Assembly (NCBI GenBank): GCA_963734495.1
Contig: CAVTHK010000001.1
Span: 384,001-448,000, forward strand
DNA: 64,000 nt
Reading direction: 5' to 3'
Origin: an uncultured Spirochaetota bacterium
GTDB taxonomy: Bacteria > Spirochaetota > Spirochaetia > SZUA-6 > CAVTHK01
Each line of letters starts with the position of its first letter. Within the stretch, counting starts at the first letter, position 1. Position numbers and translations under genes: made by a program. A model generated the notes under the pieces. It had not been told where the DNA came from. It worked only from the letters and a program-made list of their open reading frames with translations, and ran no database searches. Shown here in pieces: positions 50,841-59,750 of the stretch.

Positions 50841-51626
50841 ATGAAACCGTCGTACGATTTTCACATCCACACGTATCTCAACGGGCACTCCGACCCGAAA
50901 CAGGACGTCCCGACCATCATCGCCCGCGCCGAGGAGCTGGGCCTCGAGATGATCGCCATCACCGAGCACGTCATCGAACCCGCGAACGTCGCCTGGGTCC
51001 GCCAGGTCGCCGCGCAGGTGGCGCCGCGCGCGGCGCGCTGCAGGGTCATCGTCGGCGCGGAGATCGACGTCGATCCCGGCAGGGGGGACGGCGGGCTCGT
51101 CATCCAGCCGGACCCGCGGATCGGTCTTGTGCTGGGCAGCCTCCACACCTTTCCCGGCACGAAGCTCATGCCGCACTGCGGGCAGATCCCGGACCTGGGG
51201 CGCGAAGAGATGATCTCGCGCTGGCGCAGGGCGCTGCTCGGAATGGCGTCCAACCCGAGGATCGACGTCATCGCGCATCCGGGCGCGCTCATCGCGAACG
51301 CGCTCCCGCACGAGACCTTCGCGCCCGACGTGCTCGAGACCTTCGCGGAGGCCGCGGAGCTGTCGGCACGGCACGGGATCGCGTGGGAGGTCAACCGCCT
51401 CATCGCCGCGAAGCTGCGGCCGGGACAACGGCAGGAATACTGGAAGATCCCCGCGATCGCGCTCGACGCCGGCGTCAGTCTCGTCTACGGCTCGGACGCG
51501 CACCGACCGGCCGACATCGCGAGCACCGCCTTCGTCGAAGACGTGGCAGAGAGGCTGGGCGGCTGGAGCTGCCTCCAAAGACCCGTGCTGCCCCGCCGGG
51601 GCCTCGGCGTCCCTGCGGAGCGGTGA
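50841..51626 (+). CDS. PHP-domain phosphoesterase (YcdX/HisK-like)
   Basis: DFHIHT, ITEH, GAE, GSLH, IAHP, GSDAH. Confidence 0.85.
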   Translation: MKPSYDFHIHTYLNGHSDPKQDVPTIIARAEELGLEMIAITEHVIEPANVAWVRQVAAQVAPRAARCRVIVGAEIDVDPGRGDGGLVIQPDPRIGLVLGSLHTFPGTKLMPHCGQIPDLGREEMISRWRRALLGMASNPRIDVIAHPGALIANALPHETFAPDVLETFAEAAELSARHGIAWEVNRLIAAKLRPGQRQEYWKIPAIALDAGVSLVYGSDAHRPADIASTAFVEDVAERLGGWSCLQRPVLPRRGLGVPAER

Positions 51627-51758
51627 TCGCGCCGGCCGGCGATTCGACGCATCCCCGCTTGCATGAGTAGCTTTGCTTGACGGGCCTGCACGCGGCCGCC
51701 TTCCCATCAGCGGGAGACGCGGCAGGGCTGCGCCGTCCCGCTGAACGGACAGGGAGGT

Positions 51759-52550
51759 GTGCTCGTGACCCGCGTGGTTGCACGATTCGCAGTGGCCGTC
51801 ATGGCGGCCGTCGTCGTCTCGGCGTGCGCCAAGGGGGGCGGCGCCTCGGGGGCAATCGCCTACAAGGACGGCACGTACCGGGGCGCCTACAGCAACGTGG
51901 ACGGCCATGGGTGGAAGCCGCAGCTCGAGATCGTCGTCGAGAAGGGCAGGATCACCCGCGTCAACTACGACGAGGTCAACCCTTCGGGCCAGCTCAAGTC
52001 AGCCGACGCGTCCTATGAGCAGGCGATGAAGGCAGCGAGCCCGACCTCTCCTTCGAAGTACGTCAAGGCGCTCGACGCCGCGCTCGTCGCGAAGCAGAAG
52101 GCGCCGGTCGACGCCGTGAGCGGAGCCACCGGCTCGTCGGACTCCTTCAATGCTCTTGCAGCCGCGCTTCTCGCGAAGGCGGCGACCGGCGACACGACGG
52201 CGGTCGTGCTCCCGATGAACGCGACCTACAGCGCCGAGGACAAGCCGGACGAGAGAGGCTGGACCGGCTCGATCGCCGTCACGTACGCCGACGGCAGGAT
52301 CTCGGCCGTGGTCTATGACGAGGTGAAGAAGGCCGCCGGCAAGGTGACGGCCCGCAAGACCGAGGACCAGGCCTACGCGGATGGGTGGAAGAAGGCGACC
52401 GGCAACACGCCCAGGGACGTCTACCAGAAGCTCGCGGCCTCGCTCGTGGCGAAGCAGGACCCCGCCGCGGTCGACGCGATCAGCGGCGCAAGCGGGACGA
52501 CGCAGCGGTTCAAGGCGCTGGCCGCGGCCGTGGCGGCCCAGCGACAGTAG
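51759..52550 (+). CDS. Lipoprotein with two FMN-binding (flavinylation) domains
   Basis: Lipobox VSAC; YKDGTY; VDAVSGAT and VDAISGAS motifs. Confidence 0.82.
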   Translation: MLVTRVVARFAVAVMAAVVVSACAKGGGASGAIAYKDGTYRGAYSNVDGHGWKPQLEIVVEKGRITRVNYDEVNPSGQLKSADASYEQAMKAASPTSPSKYVKALDAALVAKQKAPVDAVSGATGSSDSFNALAAALLAKAATGDTTAVVLPMNATYSAEDKPDERGWTGSIAVTYADGRISAVVYDEVKKAAGKVTARKTEDQAYADGWKKATGNTPRDVYQKLAASLVAKQDPAAVDAISGASGTTQRFKALAAAVAAQRQ

Positions 52551-52561
52551 GACGGCGGCGG

Positions 52562-53524
52562 CTACGGCACCAGCACGATCTTCCCGTGCGAGGGCGCTTC
52601 CATCACCGCGCGGTGGGCGCGGGGGGCGTCGCGCAGCGGGATGCTCTCCTGGATGACCGGCCGGATCGCTCCCGCCTCGATGGCGCCGGCTGTCGCCGCG
52701 TGGATCTCGGCGAGCTCCGCTTCGCTCGACATGTAGAGCAGCAGCCCCCGCACGTCCGCCTCCCGCGCCATCAGCATGCGGGGCGTGATCTGCACGTCGC
52801 CCCGGCTGCCGACGATGACGATGCGTCCGCCGCGGGCGAGCGCGCCGGGGTCTCCCGTCAGGTTCACGTGCGCGAAGTTCTCGACGATGAGGTCCACGCC
52901 CCTGCCGCCGGTGGCGTCCAGGATCCGCTGAAAGTGATCCGGCGACTTGTGGTCGAAGCGTAGCTCCACGCCCTGAGAGGCGAGGAGCCGCGCGCCGGGC
53001 TCGGACCCATAGGTGCCAATGACCCGCAGCCCGCGCATCCGCGCCCACTGAACGGCGGCGATCCCCACGCCCCCCGTAGCCCCGTGCACCAGGACGGTGT
53101 CTCCCGCCCGGGCCTCGCCGCGCTGGAAGAGCGCCCGGTAGGCCGTGCCGTAGTTGACCCACAGGCAGGCGCCCTGCTCGAAGGTGAGGCGCTCCGAGAG
53201 TGGGTGCACCTGCCCCGCGGCGCAGAGGCAGAGCTCGGCGTAGGTTCCCGTGATGGAGCCGGTCGTGTAGACGCGGTCGCCGGGCCGTACGCCCGGGACG
53301 CCGGCGCCGACCGCCTCGACGACGCCCGCGCCGTCGGCGCCAGGAGTGAACGGCAGCGTCCGGTTGTAGCCCTGGCTGCCCGCCCGCTGATAGGTCTCGA
53401 CCGGGTTCACCCCGGCGGCCTTGACCCGGACCAGGACCTGCCCTTCGGCGGGCCGCGGGTCCGCGATCTCTTTGAGGACCATGACTTCGGGGTCGCCGAA
53501 GCGCTCGACGCTGATCGCCTTCAT
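52562..53524 (-). CDS. NADPH:quinone reductase (zeta-crystallin-like MDR)
   Basis: AAGVNPVE, PFTPGADGAG, VHGATGGVG, GSRG, GKIVL. Confidence 0.9.
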   Translation of the reverse strand: MKAISVERFGDPEVMVLKEIADPRPAEGQVLVRVKAAGVNPVETYQRAGSQGYNRTLPFTPGADGAGVVEAVGAGVPGVRPGDRVYTTGSITGTYAELCLCAAGQVHPLSERLTFEQGACLWVNYGTAYRALFQRGEARAGDTVLVHGATGGVGIAAVQWARMRGLRVIGTYGSEPGARLLASQGVELRFDHKSPDHFQRILDATGGRGVDLIVENFAHVNLTGDPGALARGGRIVIVGSRGDVQITPRMLMAREADVRGLLLYMSSEAELAEIHAATAGAIEAGAIRPVIQESIPLRDAPRAHRAVMEAPSHGKIVLVP

Positions 53525-53589
53525 GTGGAAATGCTAATGGATCGCGGGCCCCGGCGGCAAACGCCGGAGCCCGTTCGATTTCGCGAGCG

Positions 53590-55749
53590 CTATCTGCCGC
53601 GATACGTCCAGCTCTCGGCCGACGGCGCCGCGAGCGCCTCGGCCGCGGGCCGGGCTTTGGTCGCATGCGAGTAGACGCTGTAGACGGGAGCCTGGCCCTC
53701 GGCGGTGAGCTTCCCGCGGGCCGTGGAAACCTCGAACACGTAGCGCACGGTGCTGCCTTCGGGCAGCCGGCCCGCCGCAACGACCGTGCCCTGGATCGGA
53801 GCGTCCGGGTCGTAGACCTGCTTGTCCGCAGCCAGCTGCTTCCCGGTGGAGTCGAACACGGTGAGCAGCAGCTCGGCGCGGTCGGCGCCGCGCGCCTGCT
53901 TCTTGCGGGTGACCGCGTCGCCGGCGGCCTGCAGCTGGCGCTTGACCCCGGCAGGAATCGCCGGGAGGCTGTACCGGAACCCGAAGGCCACCTGCGTGCC
54001 GAGAGCGGGCCAGGCGACGTCCGGGGCGTCGCTGAACCGGAAATCGGCGAAGGTGAAGTCGAGCGCTGGCCCTGCGACGCGTGCGACGATCGTCGCGTTC
54101 ACGCTCCTGCCCGCCGCGGTGAGGATCGACACCTGGCACTCGATCATGCGCGAGGCGTCGACGCGCAGGTCGTAGCTCTGCTCGAACGCGTCCACACCGC
54201 TCTGGCGCGTCGGGATCGCGACGTCGTGCGTCAGGAACCACTCCGCCTGGCGATAGGCGCGCATGCGGATGGTCGCCACGGCCCGCAGCGGATCGCTCGG
54301 GGTCCACCCGTCGACGTTGCTGGGGTTGATCCTGGGCCAGCTCACCTTGACTCTGACCTGCGCGGCGCCCGTGTCGACGATGCTCGCGACGCCCGGCACC
54401 GGGGTGACCGCCGCGGGCGCGGCAGGCGCCGGCGCGGCGGGGGCGGCCGGAGCCGCCGGACCGGCCTGCGGGCCAGCGCCCTGGCCGGGGCCGACGCCCG
54501 GCTTCGTCGCGCCCGGCGGCTGATGTCCCGCGGGAGCCGAGGGACTCGGGGGCGCGATCGCGGGCCCGGTCGGCGGTGGAGGCGTCTGGGCGATCGGGAC
54601 GAACGCGCCGCCAGCCACGAGGATCCGCGTGATCGCGTCCGCCTGCGGGTTGCGCCGCGCCAGCACGATCGGCGTCTCGCCCGCGCCGTTGGACGCGTTC
54701 ACGTTGATGCCGGCGGTCACGAGCAGCCTCACGGTGTCGGCGTCGCTGGCGCGCGCGGCCACGTGCAGCGGGCTGTTCCCGGCGCGGTCCACGACGCGCG
54801 GGTTGGCGCCCCGAAGGAGCAGCTGGCGGACGACCTCGACGTTGGGCCGCGCCGCCGCGGCCAGCAGCGCCGTCTGGCCCGAGGAGGCGACCGCGTTCGG
54901 GTCGGCTCCTCTTTCGAGCAGGAATCCCACCGACTCGAGGCTGCCCTTGCCCGCCGCGGCCATCAGCACCGTCTCGCCCGCGGCGTTGCGGGCGCTCGCG
55001 GACGCGCCCTCGTCGACGAGCAGGGCGACGAGGCGATCGTTGCCTGCCGCGGCCAGGAGCAGCGGGGTCCCGGCGCGATCTCTCGCTTCGGGGTCGAGAC
55101 CTCTGTCCAGCAGCAGCATCAGCACTTCGATGTTGCCCGAACCGGCGGCACGAAACGCCACCTGGGTCGCGGCCTCCGAAGCCGGATCGAGGGGAGCGCC
55201 CCGGTCGGCCAGGAGCCGCGCGACGGCGTTGACCTGGGCCGGCTGCTGCGCGCTGCGGTCGAGCGCGGTGAGCAGCGCAGTGTAGCCGCCGTTGGTCATC
55301 ACATCGAGCGCGGCTCGTTTCTCGAGCAGCAGCTGCACGCTCGGCAGCTGGCCCGCGCCCGAGGCGAGGATCAGGGAGGTCGCGCCCGAGTTGTCGCGGG
55401 CATCGATCTTCGCGCCCCGCTCCAGGAGAAGCTGCACGACCACGACCTGCCCCGCCGACGTCGCGTACATCAGCGCGGTCCGGCCCTGGCTGTCGCGCAT
55501 CTCGATGTTGGCACCCGAGTCCAGCAGCAGCCTCGCCGACTCGACCTGGCCCGCCGAGGCCGCGATCATGAGCAGCGACCCACCCCCTCGCTGGGGCGCG
55601 TTGACGTCGCCGCCCTTGGCGATGTACTCGGACAGCTCTCGGACGTCGCCCGTGCGGGTCGCCTTGACCTCGGCGCTCGCACAGCCCGCGAGCGCCACCA
55701 GGAGCGCGGACAGTCCCGCGCAGATGACTACGGTGTGCAGATGTCTCAT
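53590..55749 (-). CDS. Ankyrin-repeat lipoprotein with Pro/Ala linker and unknown C-terminal region
   Basis: Lipobox LAGC; about 10 G-x-T-[AP]-L...LL..GA repeats; linker PPPPTGPAIAPPSP...APAAPAAP. Confidence 0.85.
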   Translation of the reverse strand: MRHLHTVVICAGLSALLVALAGCASAEVKATRTGDVRELSEYIAKGGDVNAPQRGGGSLLMIAASAGQVESARLLLDSGANIEMRDSQGRTALMYATSAGQVVVVQLLLERGAKIDARDNSGATSLILASGAGQLPSVQLLLEKRAALDVMTNGGYTALLTALDRSAQQPAQVNAVARLLADRGAPLDPASEAATQVAFRAAGSGNIEVLMLLLDRGLDPEARDRAGTPLLLAAAGNDRLVALLVDEGASASARNAAGETVLMAAAGKGSLESVGFLLERGADPNAVASSGQTALLAAAARPNVEVVRQLLLRGANPRVVDRAGNSPLHVAARASDADTVRLLVTAGINVNASNGAGETPIVLARRNPQADAITRILVAGGAFVPIAQTPPPPTGPAIAPPSPSAPAGHQPPGATKPGVGPGQGAGPQAGPAAPAAPAAPAPAAPAAVTPVPGVASIVDTGAAQVRVKVSWPRINPSNVDGWTPSDPLRAVATIRMRAYRQAEWFLTHDVAIPTRQSGVDAFEQSYDLRVDASRMIECQVSILTAAGRSVNATIVARVAGPALDFTFADFRFSDAPDVAWPALGTQVAFGFRYSLPAIPAGVKRQLQAAGDAVTRKKQARGADRAELLLTVFDSTGKQLAADKQVYDPDAPIQGTVVAAGRLPEGSTVRYVFEVSTARGKLTAEGQAPVYSVYSHATKARPAAEALAAPSAESWTYRGR

Positions 55750-55832
55750 TCTCTACTCCCCCTTAGCAGTATCGGGCGGTCCCGGCCCTGCCCCCGCCTT
55801 GAATTCCGCGCGTCCGGGATTTACCCTGTCTC

Positions 55833-57107
55833 GTGATCGTCGCGATCCTCGCCGTCCTCATCCTCCTCAACGGCTTCTTCGCGCTGGTCGAGATCGCGTT
55901 CGTCTCAGCCAGGCGCCCCCGCCTCGAGGAGATGGCGCTCAAGGGCCGGACGGGGGCCCGTCTTGCGCTCCAGCTCCTCTCGGAGCCGGAGCGGTTCTTT
56001 TCCGCCATCCAGGTGGGTGTCACGCTCATCGGCGTGTTCAACGGAGCTCTCGGCGCTCTCGCGTACGCCGACCGCCTCGCAGACGTCGTTGCCCGCGTCC
56101 CCGGGCTGGCGCCGGCAGCGCACCAGGTCTCAACGGCCATTGTAGTCCTCGGGATCACTTATCTCTCGATCGTAGTGGGCGAGCTCGCGCCCAAAATCAT
56201 CGCCCTCCGCGCCCCCGAGCGCATCGCCGTGGCCGCTGCGCCCTGGATCAGCGTCTTCATCCGCGTCGCGCTCCCGTTGGTGTCTTTCCTCGGGCTCTCG
56301 ACCCGCCTGCTGATCCGGGCCCTGGGGATGGAAGGCGTGAGGCAGGAGGAGAGCGACCGCAGGGAGGAGATCCTCGTCCTGGTTCGCCTCGCCGCTGCCC
56401 GCAGGGAGATCTCGTCGGAGCAGGAGCGCATCTTCGCGCGCACGATGGGGCTCGCGACGGTGCGCGCATCGGACATCATGATCGAGCGCAGGGACATGAA
56501 GACCCTGTCGACGTCGATGACCCTGACGCAGGCGCTCATCGAGGCGCACGTGAGCCACCACACGCGCTTCCCCCTCGTCGACAGCGACGCGGGCGGCGGC
56601 GTCATCGGCTACGTGAACTTCAAGGACATCGTCAGCGCCCTGCAGCTCAACCCGCGGGATCCGTCGCTGCGGGGCATCTGCCGCCCGATCATGACGGTGA
56701 GCCGGGACGACGGCGTCGCCGAGCTGCTGCCCAGGATGATCCGCCAGTACCAGCACGTCGCCGTCGTCGCCGACGCGGCGGGCGCCGTCCTCGGCATGGT
56801 CTCGATGGAGGACATCGTCGAGACCATCGTGGGCGACATCTACGACGAGTACGACATGCTGCCGTCCTACGTGTACCCGATCACAGAGACGCGCTTCGTG
56901 GTCGGCGGCGGAGTCAGGGTGCACGCGCTGCGCGAGAAGCTCGGTCTCGAGCTGCCGCAGCTCGACGAGCCGCTCTCCCAGTGGCTCAAGGAGATCGCGG
57001 AGCGGCCGCCGCGCGTCGAGGACCGCATCCGCTGGAAGAACGCGGTTTTCATCCCGCGCAGGATCAGCCGCTCGGAGATCCGCGAAGTCATCGTGGACAA
57101 AAGCTGA
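55833..57107 (+). CDS. Hemolysin-family CNNM/CBS/CorC transporter-associated protein
   Basis: NGFFALVEIA, IQVGVT, GELAPK, HTRFP, EDIVETIVGDIYDEYD. Confidence 0.9.
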   Translation: MIVAILAVLILLNGFFALVEIAFVSARRPRLEEMALKGRTGARLALQLLSEPERFFSAIQVGVTLIGVFNGALGALAYADRLADVVARVPGLAPAAHQVSTAIVVLGITYLSIVVGELAPKIIALRAPERIAVAAAPWISVFIRVALPLVSFLGLSTRLLIRALGMEGVRQEESDRREEILVLVRLAAARREISSEQERIFARTMGLATVRASDIMIERRDMKTLSTSMTLTQALIEAHVSHHTRFPLVDSDAGGGVIGYVNFKDIVSALQLNPRDPSLRGICRPIMTVSRDDGVAELLPRMIRQYQHVAVVADAAGAVLGMVSMEDIVETIVGDIYDEYDMLPSYVYPITETRFVVGGGVRVHALREKLGLELPQLDEPLSQWLKEIAERPPRVEDRIRWKNAVFIPRRISRSEIREVIVDKS

Positions 57108-57168
57108 AGGGCTGCGCGCCGCATCCGCGGTTGCCGCCCGCAGCCGCGGCGTCGGCGGCGCGCGCCCG

Positions 57169-57199
57169 TTGACAACGAATATCGTCGTTCCGCTATAAT
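57169..57199 (+). promoter_or_regulatory. Consensus -35/-10 promoter with 19-bp spacer containing a dyad
   Basis: TTGACA(57169-57174)-19 nt-TATAAT(57194-57199); AACGA-6 nt-TCGTT dyad. Confidence 0.65.
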
Positions 57200-57412
57200 G
57201 CGCGGGCCGGTGACACACCATCCAGGTCTTCGCAAACCGAGTGTGCGGTTCACGAGAGTCTGACGCCACCCTGCGCTCAGACGCGCATCGGGGCGAAGTA
57301 AAGGCTGAATGCAAGGGAGGTGGCAACGGGATGACAGACAGAGGGGTCCCCGCACTCGCCGAACGAGGCACCGGGGATTGACGGTACCACGACAGAACAG
57401 GAGGAATCGCTG

Positions 57413-58726
57413 ATGTCCAGAAAGATTTCGGCAGTATTGCTGGCAATCGCCCTCGCAGCGGCCGTCGGGTGGGCCGGCGGTCAGAAGGAGCCCGGCACCG
57501 CCGCGGCCAAGCAGAAAGTCACCCTGAGGTTCGCCACCGGATCGCTGGTCGACCGGGGCGGAACGGTGACAAAGGGACTTCTCGCCTCCTACCTGGAGAA
57601 GAACCCCAACGTCACCATCACCATCGAGGAGTACCAGGGCAACGACCTGATCACGGCCATCAACACCGCGATCATGGCGAAGAACACCCCGGACGTGTTC
57701 ACGTTCTGGCGGCCCGAGTCGGGCTGGAACGTCCCGTCGTACGCCCGGTCGGGCGCTCTCGCGGACTTGACGGAGCTGAGCAAGAACCCGGCGTTGAAAG
57801 ACGTGTTCCCCGAGTACGCCTGGAGGACCGCGAAGCAGATCGACGGGATCGTCTACTGCATCCCGCGCACGAGCTACTTCGACGAGTTCGTCGTTCACAA
57901 GACCGTCTTCGACAAGAACGGGATCCCGATGCCCACGACCTGGGACGCCCTCGTGAACGCCGTCAAGGCGCTCAAATCGAAGAACATCATCCCGTGGGTC
58001 AACACCACCGGACCGCTGCTCGACGATTCGTCCCGGCTCTTCTTCAACATCCTAAACCGCGTCGTGGGCAACGAGAAGGCCCTCAAGCTCATGGGAGGCA
58101 CCGAGTCCTGGCTCGCCCCCGACGTGCAGCCGGCTCTCGAATACACCGTCGCGGTCGCCGCCAACAACGGCCCGCCCGACCAGAGCGTCCTCAGCACGAG
58201 CCAGGCGATCGCCAAGTACCTGAACACCGGCGCCGCGGGCATGTTCCTCAACAACAACGGCCAGATCAACACGGCAGTCTCGACCGCGGTCATGCCCGAC
58301 CTGGTCGCCCTGCCGTTCCCGGCGACCCCCGTCATCGTCGAGAAGGGCTCGTCGACCGAGGCGGACGTCACGAACCTCGTGTACGCGAGCTCGGTCGCAT
58401 ACAAGGACCCCGTGAAGAAGCCGTACATCGACGAGCTCATCATCAAGCTCTGCGACAAGGCGGCGGGCAAGGCTTACATCGAGCAGGCCGGCCAGACGGT
58501 TCCGCACCTCGGCCTGAACGTCAACACGTCGCTCGTCGCGAAGTTCATTCTCGACGCCAACGCGATCGCGGAGAAGCAGATCGGCAACAAGTGGCTGCTC
58601 TCGTACATCTCGGCGGACAACAGGAATTCGTTCAGGGAAGTCATCAACAACGTGTGGTACGGCAAGCTGGACGCGAAGCAGATGGCCGAGGCGCTGCAGA
58701 AAGCGCTCTACGGCAAGCCGAACTGA
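57413..58726 (+). CDS. Sugar ABC extracellular solute-binding protein
   Basis: Signal peptide then AGGQKE; PDVF, DGIVYCIP, PTTWD; SD AGGAGG. Confidence 0.88.
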   Translation: MSRKISAVLLAIALAAAVGWAGGQKEPGTAAAKQKVTLRFATGSLVDRGGTVTKGLLASYLEKNPNVTITIEEYQGNDLITAINTAIMAKNTPDVFTFWRPESGWNVPSYARSGALADLTELSKNPALKDVFPEYAWRTAKQIDGIVYCIPRTSYFDEFVVHKTVFDKNGIPMPTTWDALVNAVKALKSKNIIPWVNTTGPLLDDSSRLFFNILNRVVGNEKALKLMGGTESWLAPDVQPALEYTVAVAANNGPPDQSVLSTSQAIAKYLNTGAAGMFLNNNGQINTAVSTAVMPDLVALPFPATPVIVEKGSSTEADVTNLVYASSVAYKDPVKKPYIDELIIKLCDKAAGKAYIEQAGQTVPHLGLNVNTSLVAKFILDANAIAEKQIGNKWLLSYISADNRNSFREVINNVWYGKLDAKQMAEALQKALYGKPN

Positions 58727-58745
58727 TCGGCGGACCGGACAGACA

Positions 58746-58786
58746 GGCGTCGGGCCGCGGGACGACCGGTTCCGCGGCCCGTCGCC
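58746..58786 (+). terminator. GC-rich stem-loop after binding-protein gene
   Basis: GGCGTCGGGCCGCGG...CCGCGGCCCGTCGCC. Confidence 0.55.
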
Positions 58787-58806
58787 GTTCAAGAGAGGGT
58801 CGACGC

Positions 58807-59685
58807 GTGGGAATTCTCAAGATGAGCAGGGCCGTGTACCTCTTCCTCCTGCCGGCGCTGGCTCTCTACCTGACCTTCTTCGTCTTCCCCTTCGCCCAGA
58901 CCGCCATCTACAGCCTCACGAAGTGGGACGGGATCTCCGCCGCCGTCTTCGTCGGGCTCAAGAACTTCGTCACGCTGCTGTCGGACGAGGTGTTCCGCGC
59001 GGCGGTGTCCAGGATCTTCATCTGGGCGGCGCTTTCCATCACCTTCAAGGTGGGCTCGGCCCTCGTCATCGCGTACGTCCTCCGCAAGCCGATGAAAGGC
59101 ATCCGCTTCTTCCGCACCGTCGTCTTCTTCCCGTACATCATCTCCGCTTCGGCGATGTGCCTCATCTTCGTGGTGGCCTATGACAAGGAGATCGGGCCCA
59201 TCAACATGCTGCTCAGGGCGGCCGGGCTCGGACAGCTCGCACGGTACTGGCTCGCCGACGCGGACACCGCCTTCTACGCGGTCATCGCCGTGCCGATCTA
59301 CCAGGCGGTCGGCTACTTCTTCGTCATCCTGCTCGCGGCCATGCAGGACGTGCCTCAGGAGCTCTACGACGCCGGCAGGATCGACGGCGCCGGCGGCGTC
59401 GCGGAGTTCCTCCACATCACGATCCCCTATATCTGGGGAACGCTGACCGTGTGCATCATCCTCGCGATCAACGGAGCGTTCAACGACTTTACGTACGTGT
59501 TCATCCTGACGGGCGGCGGCCCCGGGCACGCGAGCGAGGTGCCCGCCACCTACATGTACAAAGAGATCTTCGTGAACTACAAGTTCGGATACGGGAGCTC
59601 GGTGGCCATGGGCATCTTCATCCTGACGCTGGGCGTCACGATGCTGGTCCGCAAGGGCCTGACGACCCGGTTCCGCACGGAGTAG
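58807..59685 (+). CDS. Carbohydrate ABC permease (MalF-like)
   Basis: YSLTKWDG, FRTVVFFP, YDAGRIDGA, TGGGPG, FGYGS. Confidence 0.9.
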   Translation: MGILKMSRAVYLFLLPALALYLTFFVFPFAQTAIYSLTKWDGISAAVFVGLKNFVTLLSDEVFRAAVSRIFIWAALSITFKVGSALVIAYVLRKPMKGIRFFRTVVFFPYIISASAMCLIFVVAYDKEIGPINMLLRAAGLGQLARYWLADADTAFYAVIAVPIYQAVGYFFVILLAAMQDVPQELYDAGRIDGAGGVAEFLHITIPYIWGTLTVCIILAINGAFNDFTYVFILTGGGPGHASEVPATYMYKEIFVNYKFGYGSSVAMGIFILTLGVTMLVRKGLTTRFRTE

Positions 59686-59750
59686 GGCTTGGATCAGCCG
59701 ATGCGGTCATTCGGGGCAGCACAAAAAGGCCGCCATACGGAGGCGACGTC

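Noticed and set aside
51627-51758. FMN riboswitch upstream of the FMN-binding lipoprotein
   Set aside because: No AGGGCGGGGTGAAATTCCC-like RFN core; only generic GC-rich pairing.
54400-54590. Low-complexity GC repeat
   Set aside because: Simply encodes the Pro/Ala linker of the ankyrin lipoprotein.
57225-57310. c-di-GMP-I riboswitch suggested by GCAAACC
   Set aside because: Lacks the GNRA-capped P2 and downstream GCAAAG/receptor elements; kept only as an unknown structured leader.
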